In this document: positions 17,880-25,776 of the stretch, piece by piece
How the letters are laid out: each line of letters starts with the position of its first letter
Numbering within the stretch: the first letter of the stretch is position 1
Source: a virus
IMG/VR virus record: IMGVR_UViG_3300021365_000008
Location: 15,656 to 79,655 of that record
Direction: 5' to 3' (one strand)
Length of the DNA: 64,000 nt
The notes under the pieces: model-generated
What the model was told of the DNA's origin: nothing
Seen by the model: only the letters and a program-made list of their open reading frames with translations
The model's database searches: none
Program-made: the position numbers and the translations under genes

Positions 17880-19747
17880 TTGTCAGTTATATCGACTTCT
17901 GCTTTGAGTAAGTCATTGCCCATAATATGTGTTGCTGCTTGTTCCATTAGTTCTTTGAGTTTGGCTGCCCATTCTTCTGCAAAATCGCGAGGACAGGTAG
18001 TATCAATCTGATCGTGAACCGTCATGACTAGCTTAACCGGCAAGTTGTTCTCTTTGATATGGGTGTGACACAATACCAGGGCATGCTTAGTCATATCAGC
18101 GGCAGTACCCTGTATAGGTGTATTCTTACTGACACGTTCGATGCGACCTTTTACGCCCATATCCATACCTCGAGGCAACCAGTCATCAAACCAGCGAGTA
18201 CGTGACCATGGCTTGAATGTTTTGATGAAACCATTTTTAACACCAGACCGGGACATACCTTCCAAGAAGTCTTTAATCTTAGGAAAGGACTTGAAGTAGT
18301 TCTCAATAAGAGTGGAAGCTTCAGACATAGAAATCTCCATCGTCTCCGATAACTTCTTTGGTCCCATGCCATAGGCGAGTCCAAAGTTGATACTCTTAAC
18401 TGCAGTACGCAGCTTTTTATGGTCGGGGCAGCTACACTTCTCGAAGCCTTGCTCGAAAGCACACGAATCTTCTGCGGCTTCTTTCCACCGTTCCCCGAAC
18501 ACAAGTGCTGCGCATACGCTGTGCAAATCGTGTCCATTACGGAGGGCATGATTGAAGACCGGGTCTTTAGATCCATGGGCTATGATACATAGCTCTTGAG
18601 AGGAGTAGTCAGCAGATACGAATACGTGGTCGGGGTCTGTGATGAAACAGTTCCGATACGCATTGTCTGCAGGTATCTGTTGCATGTTGGGTTCTTTGCA
18701 AGAGACGCGACCGGTACGTTTAATCTGAACGAAGCGCGGGTGAATCTTACCATCTTCATATACATGAGCCATAAAGGACTCACCAAAGGAAGATACCTTT
18801 TTGGTCTGCTCACGATACTTACGCAAAAGCTTACCGATATTGTGTACGGCAGCGATTTTGAGTGTGTCGCGTTCAGAAGTACCCATGATGCTATTGTCTA
18901 TGCATTGGAAGACACGCAGCGTTTGCATAGGGGAGTCCCAGTTAAGGCGGGTACCCATGACTTCTGAGTCAGCTAAGAACATATCTAATTGGCTAGCAGG
19001 CATACGACATGAATCGAACGCGCTGTCAGTGTCGATGATAGTGTTCAAGGCGGATTCGGAGTGTTGTGACTGCACACGCAAGTCATCAACCATACCGAGC
19101 CATGATTCTCGGTCGAGGGTTAGGCCGTTGTATTCTATCTCGAGGAAAGCAATGCAAGCCTGACACTCAAGACGTGCTACGTGCATCAGGTCGTTCTTTT
19201 TGAGAGCGGAAATCTGTGCAAGCATAACGGGCTTGAGGTACTTGACGTCATCTGCAGCATACTGTAGTTGACGAGCAGTGAGCTTACCGCCACGAGAGAA
19301 TGTAGCGCGAACTGATTTATCTAGTCGGACTTGGCAGTACCGTTGTACTACGCTGTCAAGACCAGCACGTAGGTTGGTACCGTTAACTAGTACTTGTTCG
19401 CATAACATGGTATCGTATATCGATACGTCGATATCCAATCCATGGTGCATAAGAAACTTGAGGTCAAACTTGATGTTGTGACCGACTAGCATCTTACAGC
19501 TATTGATAACTTCGAACAGTGATGGTAGCCTTTCTTTATTGAATAAGAAAATGAACTGGTCGTTGGTATCGTGAGCTATCTGTATAGATAGGATACTGTC
19601 GCTTTGAAAGTTGAACCCTGTGGTTTCGATGTCGAGGAATAAGTATACATGGTCCCTGAGAGCTGCAAGTGCAGCGTCCCAGGGCATGTATTCATATCCG
19701 TCAGTACATTCTGAGTTAGTAGGCTCAGTGGTGACGAGGTAAATCAT
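17867..19747 (-). CDS. polA: DNA polymerase family A with 3'-5' exonuclease
   Basis: LDIETTG, GHNIKFD, YAADDV exonuclease motifs; TGRVS, PNMQQIP, SADYSSQE, KSINFGLAYG, NTPIQG, VHDQI. Confidence 0.96.
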   Translation of the reverse strand: MIYLVTTEPTNSECTDGYEYMPWDAALAALRDHVYLFLDIETTGFNFQSDSILSIQIAHDTNDQFIFLFNKERLPSLFEVINSCKMLVGHNIKFDLKFLMHHGLDIDVSIYDTMLCEQVLVNGTNLRAGLDSVVQRYCQVRLDKSVRATFSRGGKLTARQLQYAADDVKYLKPVMLAQISALKKNDLMHVARLECQACIAFLEIEYNGLTLDRESWLGMVDDLRVQSQHSESALNTIIDTDSAFDSCRMPASQLDMFLADSEVMGTRLNWDSPMQTLRVFQCIDNSIMGTSERDTLKIAAVHNIGKLLRKYREQTKKVSSFGESFMAHVYEDGKIHPRFVQIKRTGRVSCKEPNMQQIPADNAYRNCFITDPDHVFVSADYSSQELCIIAHGSKDPVFNHALRNGHDLHSVCAALVFGERWKEAAEDSCAFEQGFEKCSCPDHKKLRTAVKSINFGLAYGMGPKKLSETMEISMSEASTLIENYFKSFPKIKDFLEGMSRSGVKNGFIKTFKPWSRTRWFDDWLPRGMDMGVKGRIERVSKNTPIQGTAADMTKHALVLCHTHIKENNLPVKLVMTVHDQIDTTCPRDFAEEWAAKLKELMEQAATHIMGNDLLKAEVDITDKWSK

Positions 19748-20459
19748 CTGTATTTAATCTTCCATTACGCAGACCGTGATTGTACCACCATGCGAAATGG
19801 TGTGCCCAGTTGCTAGAACCGGACTGCTGTCGTACGGTATGTAAGTTAGTATTGAGCTTATTAAACAATCTACGTGCATTGAAGTTAGGATCGCGCATCA
19901 GCCACATAACGGCAATGAGTACGGATTTCTGTGCGTACGCTTTGTTAAACGTAGTCAATGCAAGCAGTTCGTTGAGAATGAATTCTTTCTCTTGCGTCAT
20001 CTCGTATAAGAAATCACCACGGGTAAGCATAGGTGTTGTAAGGTATGCATCGCCTCCGTGTAGGAAGGGAGCAATTGCACTGGTGCTTAATGGTTTGTAC
20101 GCAAGGCTGGTTTCTTTAAGCTGCTGGTAATTTGTATTACCGGTTGCTGCATAGTAGTCAATCCAGTCGGCGTTGCGCCATTGCAGTTGGTGTGCATTAA
20201 TCTCAGCTATGTCAGAAATCTTAAGATTCTTCTTGATGTATGAGATGCGAATGGATTCACCTGCGTCTATAAGAAGCTTGAGAGCTTCATATCTGTGTTG
20301 ACCGTCGATGATAACGTTGTTGTGTGTTACAGTGATGGGAACTTTCTGCCCAATCTTTTTGATGGACTTAGCCAGCTTCTTTACGTGGCTAGTGTTTACA
20401 CGGCGGTTCAGGTTATGGAACGAGAACTGCTGGAGGTTAGTTGTAGTCTTTACGCTCAT
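19725..20459 (-). CDS. ParB/Srx-like protein with DGQHR motif
   Basis: NRRVNTSHVKKLAKSI...PITV...IIDGQHRYEAL. Confidence 0.75.
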   Translation of the reverse strand: MSVKTTTNLQQFSFHNLNRRVNTSHVKKLAKSIKKIGQKVPITVTHNNVIIDGQHRYEALKLLIDAGESIRISYIKKNLKISDIAEINAHQLQWRNADWIDYYAATGNTNYQQLKETSLAYKPLSTSAIAPFLHGGDAYLTTPMLTRGDFLYEMTQEKEFILNELLALTTFNKAYAQKSVLIAVMWLMRDPNFNARRLFNKLNTNLHTVRQQSGSSNWAHHFAWWYNHGLRNGRLNTDDLPRHH

Positions 20460-20779
20460 TGTTCTGCTTTTAAATAAATCTGTTGCTCATCTTGTTGTAG
20501 CTGCAGCTTACCGAGGTCAGCCATAGCTTGTAGGTTAGGAAGGTCAGAAAGTTCCGCTTTCCTCTGACTAAGTTCAATGTGAATATCCTTAGTTACTCCG
20601 CTCAATACGTCACCAACTTCAAGCATCTTGTTCAGCTTGTGGTTGTGTTTTGCCTTACGCATTAGCATGTCGTAAAGTGCAGTCATTAAATCTACTGCAT
20701 CCATTTGAGATATGAGTAGTTCTTTGCCATCTCTTGTACGGTAGACGGCGGCTTTGGGTTCTGTAGGTACTGGAGTCAT
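20456..20779 (-). CDS. Hypothetical protein
   Basis: 107 aa; YRTRDGKELLISQM motif. Confidence 0.65.
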   Translation of the reverse strand: MTPVPTEPKAAVYRTRDGKELLISQMDAVDLMTALYDMLMRKAKHNHKLNKMLEVGDVLSGVTKDIHIELSQRKAELSDLPNLQAMADLGKLQLQQDEQQIYLKAEQ

Positions 20780-20787
20780 GCGAGGGG

Positions 20788-20818
20788 AAATAAAGGGAGG
20801 AGCTGTATTGCTCCTCCC
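20788..20818 (-). terminator. Intrinsic terminator
   Basis: 9-bp stem GGGAGGAGC/GCTCCTCCC followed by TTTATTT on the minus strand. Confidence 0.8.
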
Positions 20819-20825
20819 ATAAAGG

Positions 20826-21305
20826 TTAGTCTTGGAGTACTACACCACGTGCAGTGGCGTATGCTTCGGAGGTAGTGGGTACTACTACCGCGTCAGCAAG
20901 CAAGGTGCGACCGCTTCGTTCAAATGCTTGCTTCACAGCGAGTTCGAACTCTGCAGAATTTGGATTACCTTGCACAAAGCATGTAGCCGAGGTACGTGTT
21001 TCGCCGTCGATGGTGTAAGGCAAGACTTCACGACGTACGATATCGCCCTCGATTACCATACCGGTTTGCGATTGCCAGATGTAATCCGACACAGCAGACG
21101 CATCGTCAGCGTCATAGAGATAAGGCACCTCGTAGCCGATGGTGCGCACAGTTTTTGCAGGAGCGAGAACTGGGTGGATCTCACCGGTTGCAGGATTAGT
21201 CCAAGTGGTAGAGCCTTGGGACTTAGACAGGGTGACGCGCTTGTAGTTGCGTCCGTTCTTGTCGACACACGTCTCGGTGGCGACTACTTCACAGAAATTA
21301 CTCAT
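20826..21305 (-). CDS. Conserved early protein, possibly OB-fold/SSB-like
   Basis: 159 aa, beta-rich, strong codon bias, own terminator. Confidence 0.6.
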   Translation of the reverse strand: MSNFCEVVATETCVDKNGRNYKRVTLSKSQGSTTWTNPATGEIHPVLAPAKTVRTIGYEVPYLYDADDASAVSDYIWQSQTGMVIEGDIVRREVLPYTIDGETRTSATCFVQGNPNSAEFELAVKQAFERSGRTLLADAVVVPTTSEAYATARGVVLQD

Positions 21306-21358
21306 GTTGAGTGTACTTAAAGGTTAAACAAAAAATTTGATTTATATCGATTTCTAAT

Positions 21359-21667
21359 ATGGCACGTAATCGTTTAGCTGGTAAAGGCCGCTCGTATAAA
21401 AAGAGGGGCATGACTGCGAGAAGTATCGCAAAGAAAAAGAAGTACGATGCTGAATATCAGAAGAAGCGATCCGCTGTTAAGAAACGCGTCCAGGCTAACA
21501 GAGCTAACCGACGCGCTGGTACTTATGGTAATGGTGACGGTAAGGACGCCAGCCATAAGAAGAACGGCAAGATTGTAATGGAGAAAGCCTCCAAGAATCG
21601 TGCACGTAACGGCATGAAGAAAGGTCGTAAGCCTTCTCGTAAGCGCCGTAGTACAAAAAAGAAATAA
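21359..21667 (+). CDS. K/R-rich basic protein with degenerate HNH-like motif
   Basis: GDGKDASH...SKNRARN; the only convincing plus-strand gene inside the minus-strand block. Confidence 0.7.
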   Translation: MARNRLAGKGRSYKKRGMTARSIAKKKKYDAEYQKKRSAVKKRVQANRANRRAGTYGNGDGKDASHKKNGKIVMEKASKNRARNGMKKGRKPSRKRRSTKKK

Positions 21668-21827
21668 CCTACCGGGCGTTCAGACATCCCCTGCCTGCAA
21701 GCAATAGGAGCGTACTAAGCCTTTCAAACGGTTATTCCTCTGATGTAAATGTCTTACAAGTGTCGGTGACTTGCTGCTATGTAACAGTCCGGAGACAAGA
21801 CAATGCTGATGGATAGTTGTAATGGGG

Positions 21828-21860
21828 AAAAGGAAAAGGGCCAGCTTTTACACTGGCCCT
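21828..21860 (-). terminator. Intrinsic terminator
   Basis: 8-bp stem AGGGCCAG/CTGGCCCT followed by TTTCCTTTT on the minus strand. Confidence 0.75.
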
Positions 21861-22058
21861 CTAACCTAATTAACATCTGATGATGTACTGCAACATTGCT
21901 GACAGGCTGTTGCGGGCCTGGAACTGTAAACCACTACTATTGGATATGTACAAGTCGATACCCACATGTCTACTTGGTGCTATGTTTAACCCTTAATACT
22001 AACACTGGTGCTAATATACAAAAGGTTTGTATATATCCAAGAAGCATATGGATAAATG

Positions 22059-22304
22059 CTATGCGATTGATACGCAAACATCATATGCGACGTTTTTCTT
22101 GAATACCTCAACCGGCTCCGTCACAGTAAAGCGCTTCTCATCGTAGTTATGAGACTTGAGGTATTGTTTAGCCTCATTCTGAGCAGACCATGGTGTATGG
22201 CTGTAGAATGGGGTACGTGTGCGTCGTTCTTTGTTGATGACGACGACTTTCCATGTATTATCTGATGCCCACTTTCCCGACGTCTTTGCATTTGCTCCCA
22301 TCAC
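22059..22304 (-). CDS. Hypothetical early protein
   Basis: 81 aa; 4-nt overlap with the upstream gene. Confidence 0.65.
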   Translation of the reverse strand: MMGANAKTSGKWASDNTWKVVVINKERRTRTPFYSHTPWSAQNEAKQYLKSHNYDEKRFTVTEPVEVFKKNVAYDVCVSIA

Positions 22305-22561
22305 TTATCGTTTTGTTGTTCATACTTGCGGTCGGCTTCTTCCAGATAGCCTTCCTTTTCATTTGTAATATACAAATCGGAGTCTTCAAATGCTACGGAC
22401 ACTCCACCCAGATGCTGCAATTTGCTCTGGATGAAGTGTACGGTATCGGATTCTAATGTATCCTGATCACAGCATTCGTGGTCGTCATATGTAACACATA
22501 CAGTTAGGTACACCTCGCCGGAAAACTGAGGGTCAGTGGAGTCGTCGTGTGGATTACTCAT
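22301..22561 (-). CDS. Acidic hypothetical early protein (start MSNPHDD)
   Basis: ATG at 22561 overlaps the 3' end of the upstream gene; the longer ORF-track start is unlikely. Confidence 0.6.
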   Translation of the reverse strand: MSNPHDDSTDPQFSGEVYLTVCVTYDDHECCDQDTLESDTVHFIQSKLQHLGGVSVAFEDSDLYITNEKEGYLEEADRKYEQQNDK

Positions 22562-22913
22562 CGCGGTATGCATTGCCGAGTACAGCGTGGTAGTACTCCT
22601 GTTCGGTTTGACTGCGTTGCTTGTAGCAGATGTAAGCGCATATGGAAAGTGCAGCGATGACAGTGTTAAGCAATACACATACGGATACGAATAGGTAAGA
22701 CTCACGATTGAGCAGAACACCGAGGCAGATATCTGCCATGATAATGAGTATTAGTAAGCCGTAAACAAACCGCTCCTGTACTTCCTGTTTAGAGAGAGTA
22801 GCGGAAAGGTTGGTGATGTAAGTACGGAAGTTCTCTACTTCCTGTTCAGTCATAAGGTTAATGCGGTTAGGCAATTGTGTTATGTCGATGATGTCAATTG
22901 GGATGGTTCTCAT
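22554..22913 (-). CDS. Two-TM membrane protein
   Basis: FVYGLLILIIMADICLGVLL and YLFVSVCVLLNTVIAALSICAYIC. Confidence 0.7.
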   Translation of the reverse strand: MRTIPIDIIDITQLPNRINLMTEQEVENFRTYITNLSATLSKQEVQERFVYGLLILIIMADICLGVLLNRESYLFVSVCVLLNTVIAALSICAYICYKQRSQTEQEYYHAVLGNAYRDE

Positions 22914-23167
22914 AATGTGGTAGATTTAAAGTCAAAGGATTTACCGCCGGTCTCAAAGTCGGGGTCGCAGAGATCGGGGCCAAAAGCTTGCTTGAGCCGG
23001 TCACTACCTATACCACCCTTTAGTAGGGAAGCGTTAGTAAAGATGTCAAGCATGTGAGAGAAGTGACCATGCTCGCCTTTGATTAAAGCGGTTCGCATGA
23101 GGTTGAGTTTATGTGCTGGATGCATTGAGAGTAACCAATTGTCAATGCCGGTACTGATATGTTCCAT
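22910..23167 (-). CDS. Hypothetical early protein
   Basis: 85 aa; stop overlaps the start of the downstream gene. Confidence 0.65.
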   Translation of the reverse strand: MEHISTGIDNWLLSMHPAHKLNLMRTALIKGEHGHFSHMLDIFTNASLLKGGIGSDRLKQAFGPDLCDPDFETGGKSFDFKSTTL

Positions 23168-23176
23168 GGCAAATGA

Positions 23177-23214
23177 AATTAAAAAGGGCTACCGGAAATG
23201 ATAGCCCTTTAATT
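23177..23214. terminator. Intrinsic terminator, potentially bidirectional
   Basis: AAAGGGCTA-loop-TAGCCCTTT with A/T tracts on both sides. Confidence 0.7.
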
Positions 23215-23216
23215 AT

Positions 23217-23342
23217 TTAGTGATAAGCAGGACAGGTAGAGCCGTGCTTGTGGTATGCTTGCGTACTGTAAGAAGATGCGCAAGAGGTCATGAATACTGC
23301 AAGAGCGAGTATTGCAAAGTAATAGATGGAATACTTTTTCAT
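23217..23342 (-). CDS. Small lipoprotein, 41 aa (not in ORF track)
   Basis: Manual translation MKKYSIYYFAILALAVFMTSCASSYSTQAYHKHGSTCPAYH; lipobox MTSC. Confidence 0.75.
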   Translation of the reverse strand: MKKYSIYYFAILALAVFMTSCASSYSTQAYHKHGSTCPAYH

Positions 23343-23369
23343 CAGATGAAGGTGTTTAGGTTAAAAAGG

Positions 23370-23615
23370 TTACCACTGCGCGTCTGCACAGAATGTATCG
23401 AAAAAGGACAAGTCGGGTGTCTCCTCTAAGTAGAAGGTATCACGTACACCAGAACAATCGTTGACTGCTGCTACCCAGTTAAGAGTACAAGAGTAGTAGT
23501 AACCACGGACAGATCCGCAGTTACATGAGTCATCAATTGTATTAGGCACGATTACTTCTTTGGTACAAGAAGAAAGAGAAGCAGTTACGACTGCAAGTAT
23601 GAATAGATATTTCAT
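23370..23615 (-). CDS. Small Cys-rich lipoprotein
   Basis: MKYLFILAVVTASLSSC lipobox; mature part has 5 further Cys. Confidence 0.78.
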   Translation of the reverse strand: MKYLFILAVVTASLSSCTKEVIVPNTIDDSCNCGSVRGYYYSCTLNWVAAVNDCSGVRDTFYLEETPDLSFFDTFCADAQW

Positions 23616-23632
23616 TGTACAAGATGTTTAGG

Positions 23633-24025
23633 TTATTGTTCAAGAACAGGACAAACGCCGGACTCAGTTTGCTCACAGCAGTCTTCGTCGTACGCATTGT
23701 AGCAGATGCATTGAGATGCAGGTTCGGTACAAGCTGGTTCGCTACTATTAGATGACAGCTTACACAGCTGTTCATACTCTTTGATGAGCATACGAGTTAG
23801 ATTCTTGCGGTTGATGTAATCATCCATGTCTCCGCATTCCATGGTAGACTGCATAGACTCAAGAATCATGATGAGCTTGGCTTCTTTGCCAATGAGTGAT
23901 TGTCTCTTTGTAGTAGACTTGGTTGTGTCTACATCGTAGTCAACTTCTTTTATGTAGTCGTTGATTGCTATTATTTCGGATTGTACGTCACTGATGAGTG
24001 ACTGGGTGTAGTGTAAGTTCCACAT
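23633..24025 (-). CDS. Hypothetical coiled-coil protein with Cys-rich tail
   Basis: 130 aa; C-terminus CICYNAYDEDCCEQTESGVCP. Confidence 0.65.
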   Translation of the reverse strand: MWNLHYTQSLISDVQSEIIAINDYIKEVDYDVDTTKSTTKRQSLIGKEAKLIMILESMQSTMECGDMDDYINRKNLTRMLIKEYEQLCKLSSNSSEPACTEPASQCICYNAYDEDCCEQTESGVCPVLEQ

Positions 24026-24087
24026 GTCAATTAGGTATATGAGGTAAAAAGAAAGAGCAGTTTATATCTCATGCTCAGGAGAATGCC

Positions 24088-24168
24088 TTAGCCTATTTGA
24101 CTAATGACATCTTGGATACAATGGATGCCTCCATCATAGCCGTCTGCGTAGTATGTAAGTTCGTTCAT
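24088..24168 (-). CDS. Possible 26-aa peptide
   Basis: MNELTYYADGYDGGIHCIQDVISQIG, preceded by an AC-rich leader. Confidence 0.3.
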   Translation of the reverse strand: MNELTYYADGYDGGIHCIQDVISQIG

Positions 24169-24214
24169 ACTGTTGAGGTTGTAAGGCAGAATTATGTAGC
24201 CTGCCTATTTGCTA

Positions 24215-24688
24215 CTAGTCGATTGGTACTTCTATGCTTTCGCCAAGAAGCGGTTCGCACTTAACGGTAGACAGGTGTCTGCCTTCAGCGCTGTATACAT
24301 GGCGGATGAAAAATCCATCAGCATCCGGATCATCATCTACCACATAAACCTTCTCACTAGGCTTAGGAGGATTAGTATAGTGAGACAATAGAGGAGGAGG
24401 CATAATAGAATAGATGTAGTCAGACTCAGGGTCATCTATGTCACTCCATAAGCCTTCAGCTTCCAGTAAGGAATTAGATTCATCACGTACTTGCTTCTCT
24501 AGTGAATCAATCCACGTATGAAGCTCAGTCAATGTCTTGCCAGTAAGCTCAACAGATTGCTTGCTTAGGTAGTGTGCTACATCCTGTGCAAACTTCAGTT
24601 GTGTAGTAAGAAGGTTAAGCATGCCTTCATTAGGACGCATAAGTTCTTTGTCAGATATATGCGTGGGTTGAGGTAGGTTGTTCATCAT
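24215..24688 (-). CDS. Hypothetical early protein
   Basis: 157 aa ORF with an AC-rich leader. Confidence 0.7.
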   Translation of the reverse strand: MMNNLPQPTHISDKELMRPNEGMLNLLTTQLKFAQDVAHYLSKQSVELTGKTLTELHTWIDSLEKQVRDESNSLLEAEGLWSDIDDPESDYIYSIMPPPLLSHYTNPPKPSEKVYVVDDDPDADGFFIRHVYSAEGRHLSTVKCEPLLGESIEVPID

Positions 24689-24863
24689 GTTAATATGTTG
24701 GTTATGGTGGAAAAGGTTATAGTCTGTTATGCAGGTAATATTCGCAGATGAAATACAGGCTGATTTATTGCGTGAGATGCCTGGTGCACGTAATCGTATG
24801 CACGTGGCCGATTCTTAGTCAGAGTGGGGACACAAAGGGCAGTGGCAGTGATGATAGTGATTT

Positions 24864-24886
24864 AAGAAAAGGGCACTAGGCCCCTT
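24864..24886 (-). terminator. Intrinsic terminator overlapping a stop codon
   Basis: Minus strand AAGGGGC-CTAGT-GCCCTTT followed by TCTT. Confidence 0.6.
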
Positions 24887-25052
24887 CTGCTTCTTGCAAT
24901 AGCGTGTCAGTAACTTCGAGGTATTCGACTAGTGTCATACCTGTCAGCTCTGTGCAGTATTGCGAGAGTTTCACGTAAACCGCTTTGTGTTGCTTGACTA
25001 AGTTGTCAATGCGTACGCGGTCAAGTTGCTGGATGATATCTGCTTGTGCCAT
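24876..25052 (-). CDS. Hypothetical 58-aa protein (not in ORF track)
   Basis: MAQADIIQQLDRVRIDNLVKQHKAVYVKLSQYCTELTGMTLVEYLEVTDTLLQEAEGA. Confidence 0.7.
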   Translation of the reverse strand: MAQADIIQQLDRVRIDNLVKQHKAVYVKLSQYCTELTGMTLVEYLEVTDTLLQEAEGA

Positions 25053-25087
25053 ATGTGTGGGATTGAGTTTCGTGTTGGAACCTACTT

Positions 25088-25117
25088 AGTATAAAGGGGC
25101 GACCGAAGCCGCCCCCT
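25088..25117 (-). terminator. Strong intrinsic terminator with cUUCGg tetraloop
   Basis: Minus strand GGGGCGGC-TTCG-GTCGCCCC-TTTATA. Confidence 0.85.
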
Positions 25118-25121
25118 TACA

Positions 25122-25463
25122 TCAACGCCGGGTAGGTACGATGCCGTACAAGGGCTTAGGAGCCTCTTCAGGGTTCGAAGGCTTGGTCATCTTAGGTGAG
25201 CCATCCGCCTCGTACATCTGCTGAAGCTCGTGACCCTCCAGAGTCACCGCATGTTGGGTGCAGAACTGGTTGTATTCCATAGCACCACTAGCCCGGACAT
25301 CCACCCAGAAGGTGTAGTCTTTGGGCAGGTCCGTAAGAAAGGCTTGCTGCGGAGGATAGACCGCAACAAGCTTGGAGCCGTTAGTAGTGTAGGCGTCGAT
25401 AGCCTGGAACACCAGCGTGCCTTTTTCGCCACGCTGCATCGGGAAGAGAACTAGTTTGTTCAT
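25122..25463 (-). CDS. First gene of the early block; hypothetical
   Basis: 113 aa, C-ending codon bias, own terminator. Confidence 0.75.
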   Translation of the reverse strand: MNKLVLFPMQRGEKGTLVFQAIDAYTTNGSKLVAVYPPQQAFLTDLPKDYTFWVDVRASGAMEYNQFCTQHAVTLEGHELQQMYEADGSPKMTKPSNPEEAPKPLYGIVPTRR

Positions 25464-25534
25464 GATGTTAAGTAGGTTTACGTGTTGCAGCAGGCATTAT
25501 TGCCAACTGCTCGCAGCTGATTTCTCGTTGTAGT

Positions 25535-25608
25535 GGGGGTATGTCGGACCGGTGTCGAAGTGGGGGAGGTTAAAAAGGGGTGGTCAACGAATGCATACCG
25601 ATGGGGGG
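25535..25608 (+). other. Four G-runs at the strand switch (possible G-quadruplex, pac or ori site)
   Basis: G5-N22-G5-N10-G4-N22-G6 followed by TATATAAAATTTT. Confidence 0.45.
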
Positions 25609-25627
25609 TATATAAAATTTTATGGGT

Positions 25628-25635
25628 TAAATTTG
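25628..25635 (+). promoter_or_regulatory. Bacteroidota -7 box
   Basis: TAAATTTG matches TAnnTTTG, at the head of the plus-strand operon. Confidence 0.45.
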
Positions 25636-25638
25636 TAA

Positions 25639-25776
25639 GTGACTAGTACTGAGAGATATTCTTTAAAGTCTGACGAGCGTTATTTGCATGTACGATATCA
25701 TTTACCGGTTGGAGATGTTGTTGTTATCTATACGCTGTCAGGTGTGTTTTTAACTTCAGAAATATTAAAGCGATGA
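25639..25776 (+). CDS. Possible 45-aa protein (GTG start)
   Basis: VTSTERYSLKSDERYLHVRYHLPVGDVVVIYTLSGVFLTSEILKR; ATGA overlap with the next gene. Confidence 0.45.
   Translation: MTSTERYSLKSDERYLHVRYHLPVGDVVVIYTLSGVFLTSEILKR

Noticed and set aside
20832-21320. 162-aa antisense ORF mirroring the 20826 gene
   Set aside because: Codon-bias shadow in register with a well-formed gene that has its own terminator.
21879-21995. Plus-strand 38-aa ORF MMYCNIADR...
   Set aside because: The adjacent terminator is oriented for minus-strand transcription and there is no coupling or recognisable motif; left unannotated.
22562-22720. Extended N-terminus of the 22301 ORF from the track
   Set aside because: It lies entirely within the upstream membrane gene; a coupled ATG at 22561 is more plausible.
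24045-24076. GAGCA/TGCTC hairpin as a terminator
   Set aside because: Only a 5-bp stem with a 12-nt loop; too weak to call.
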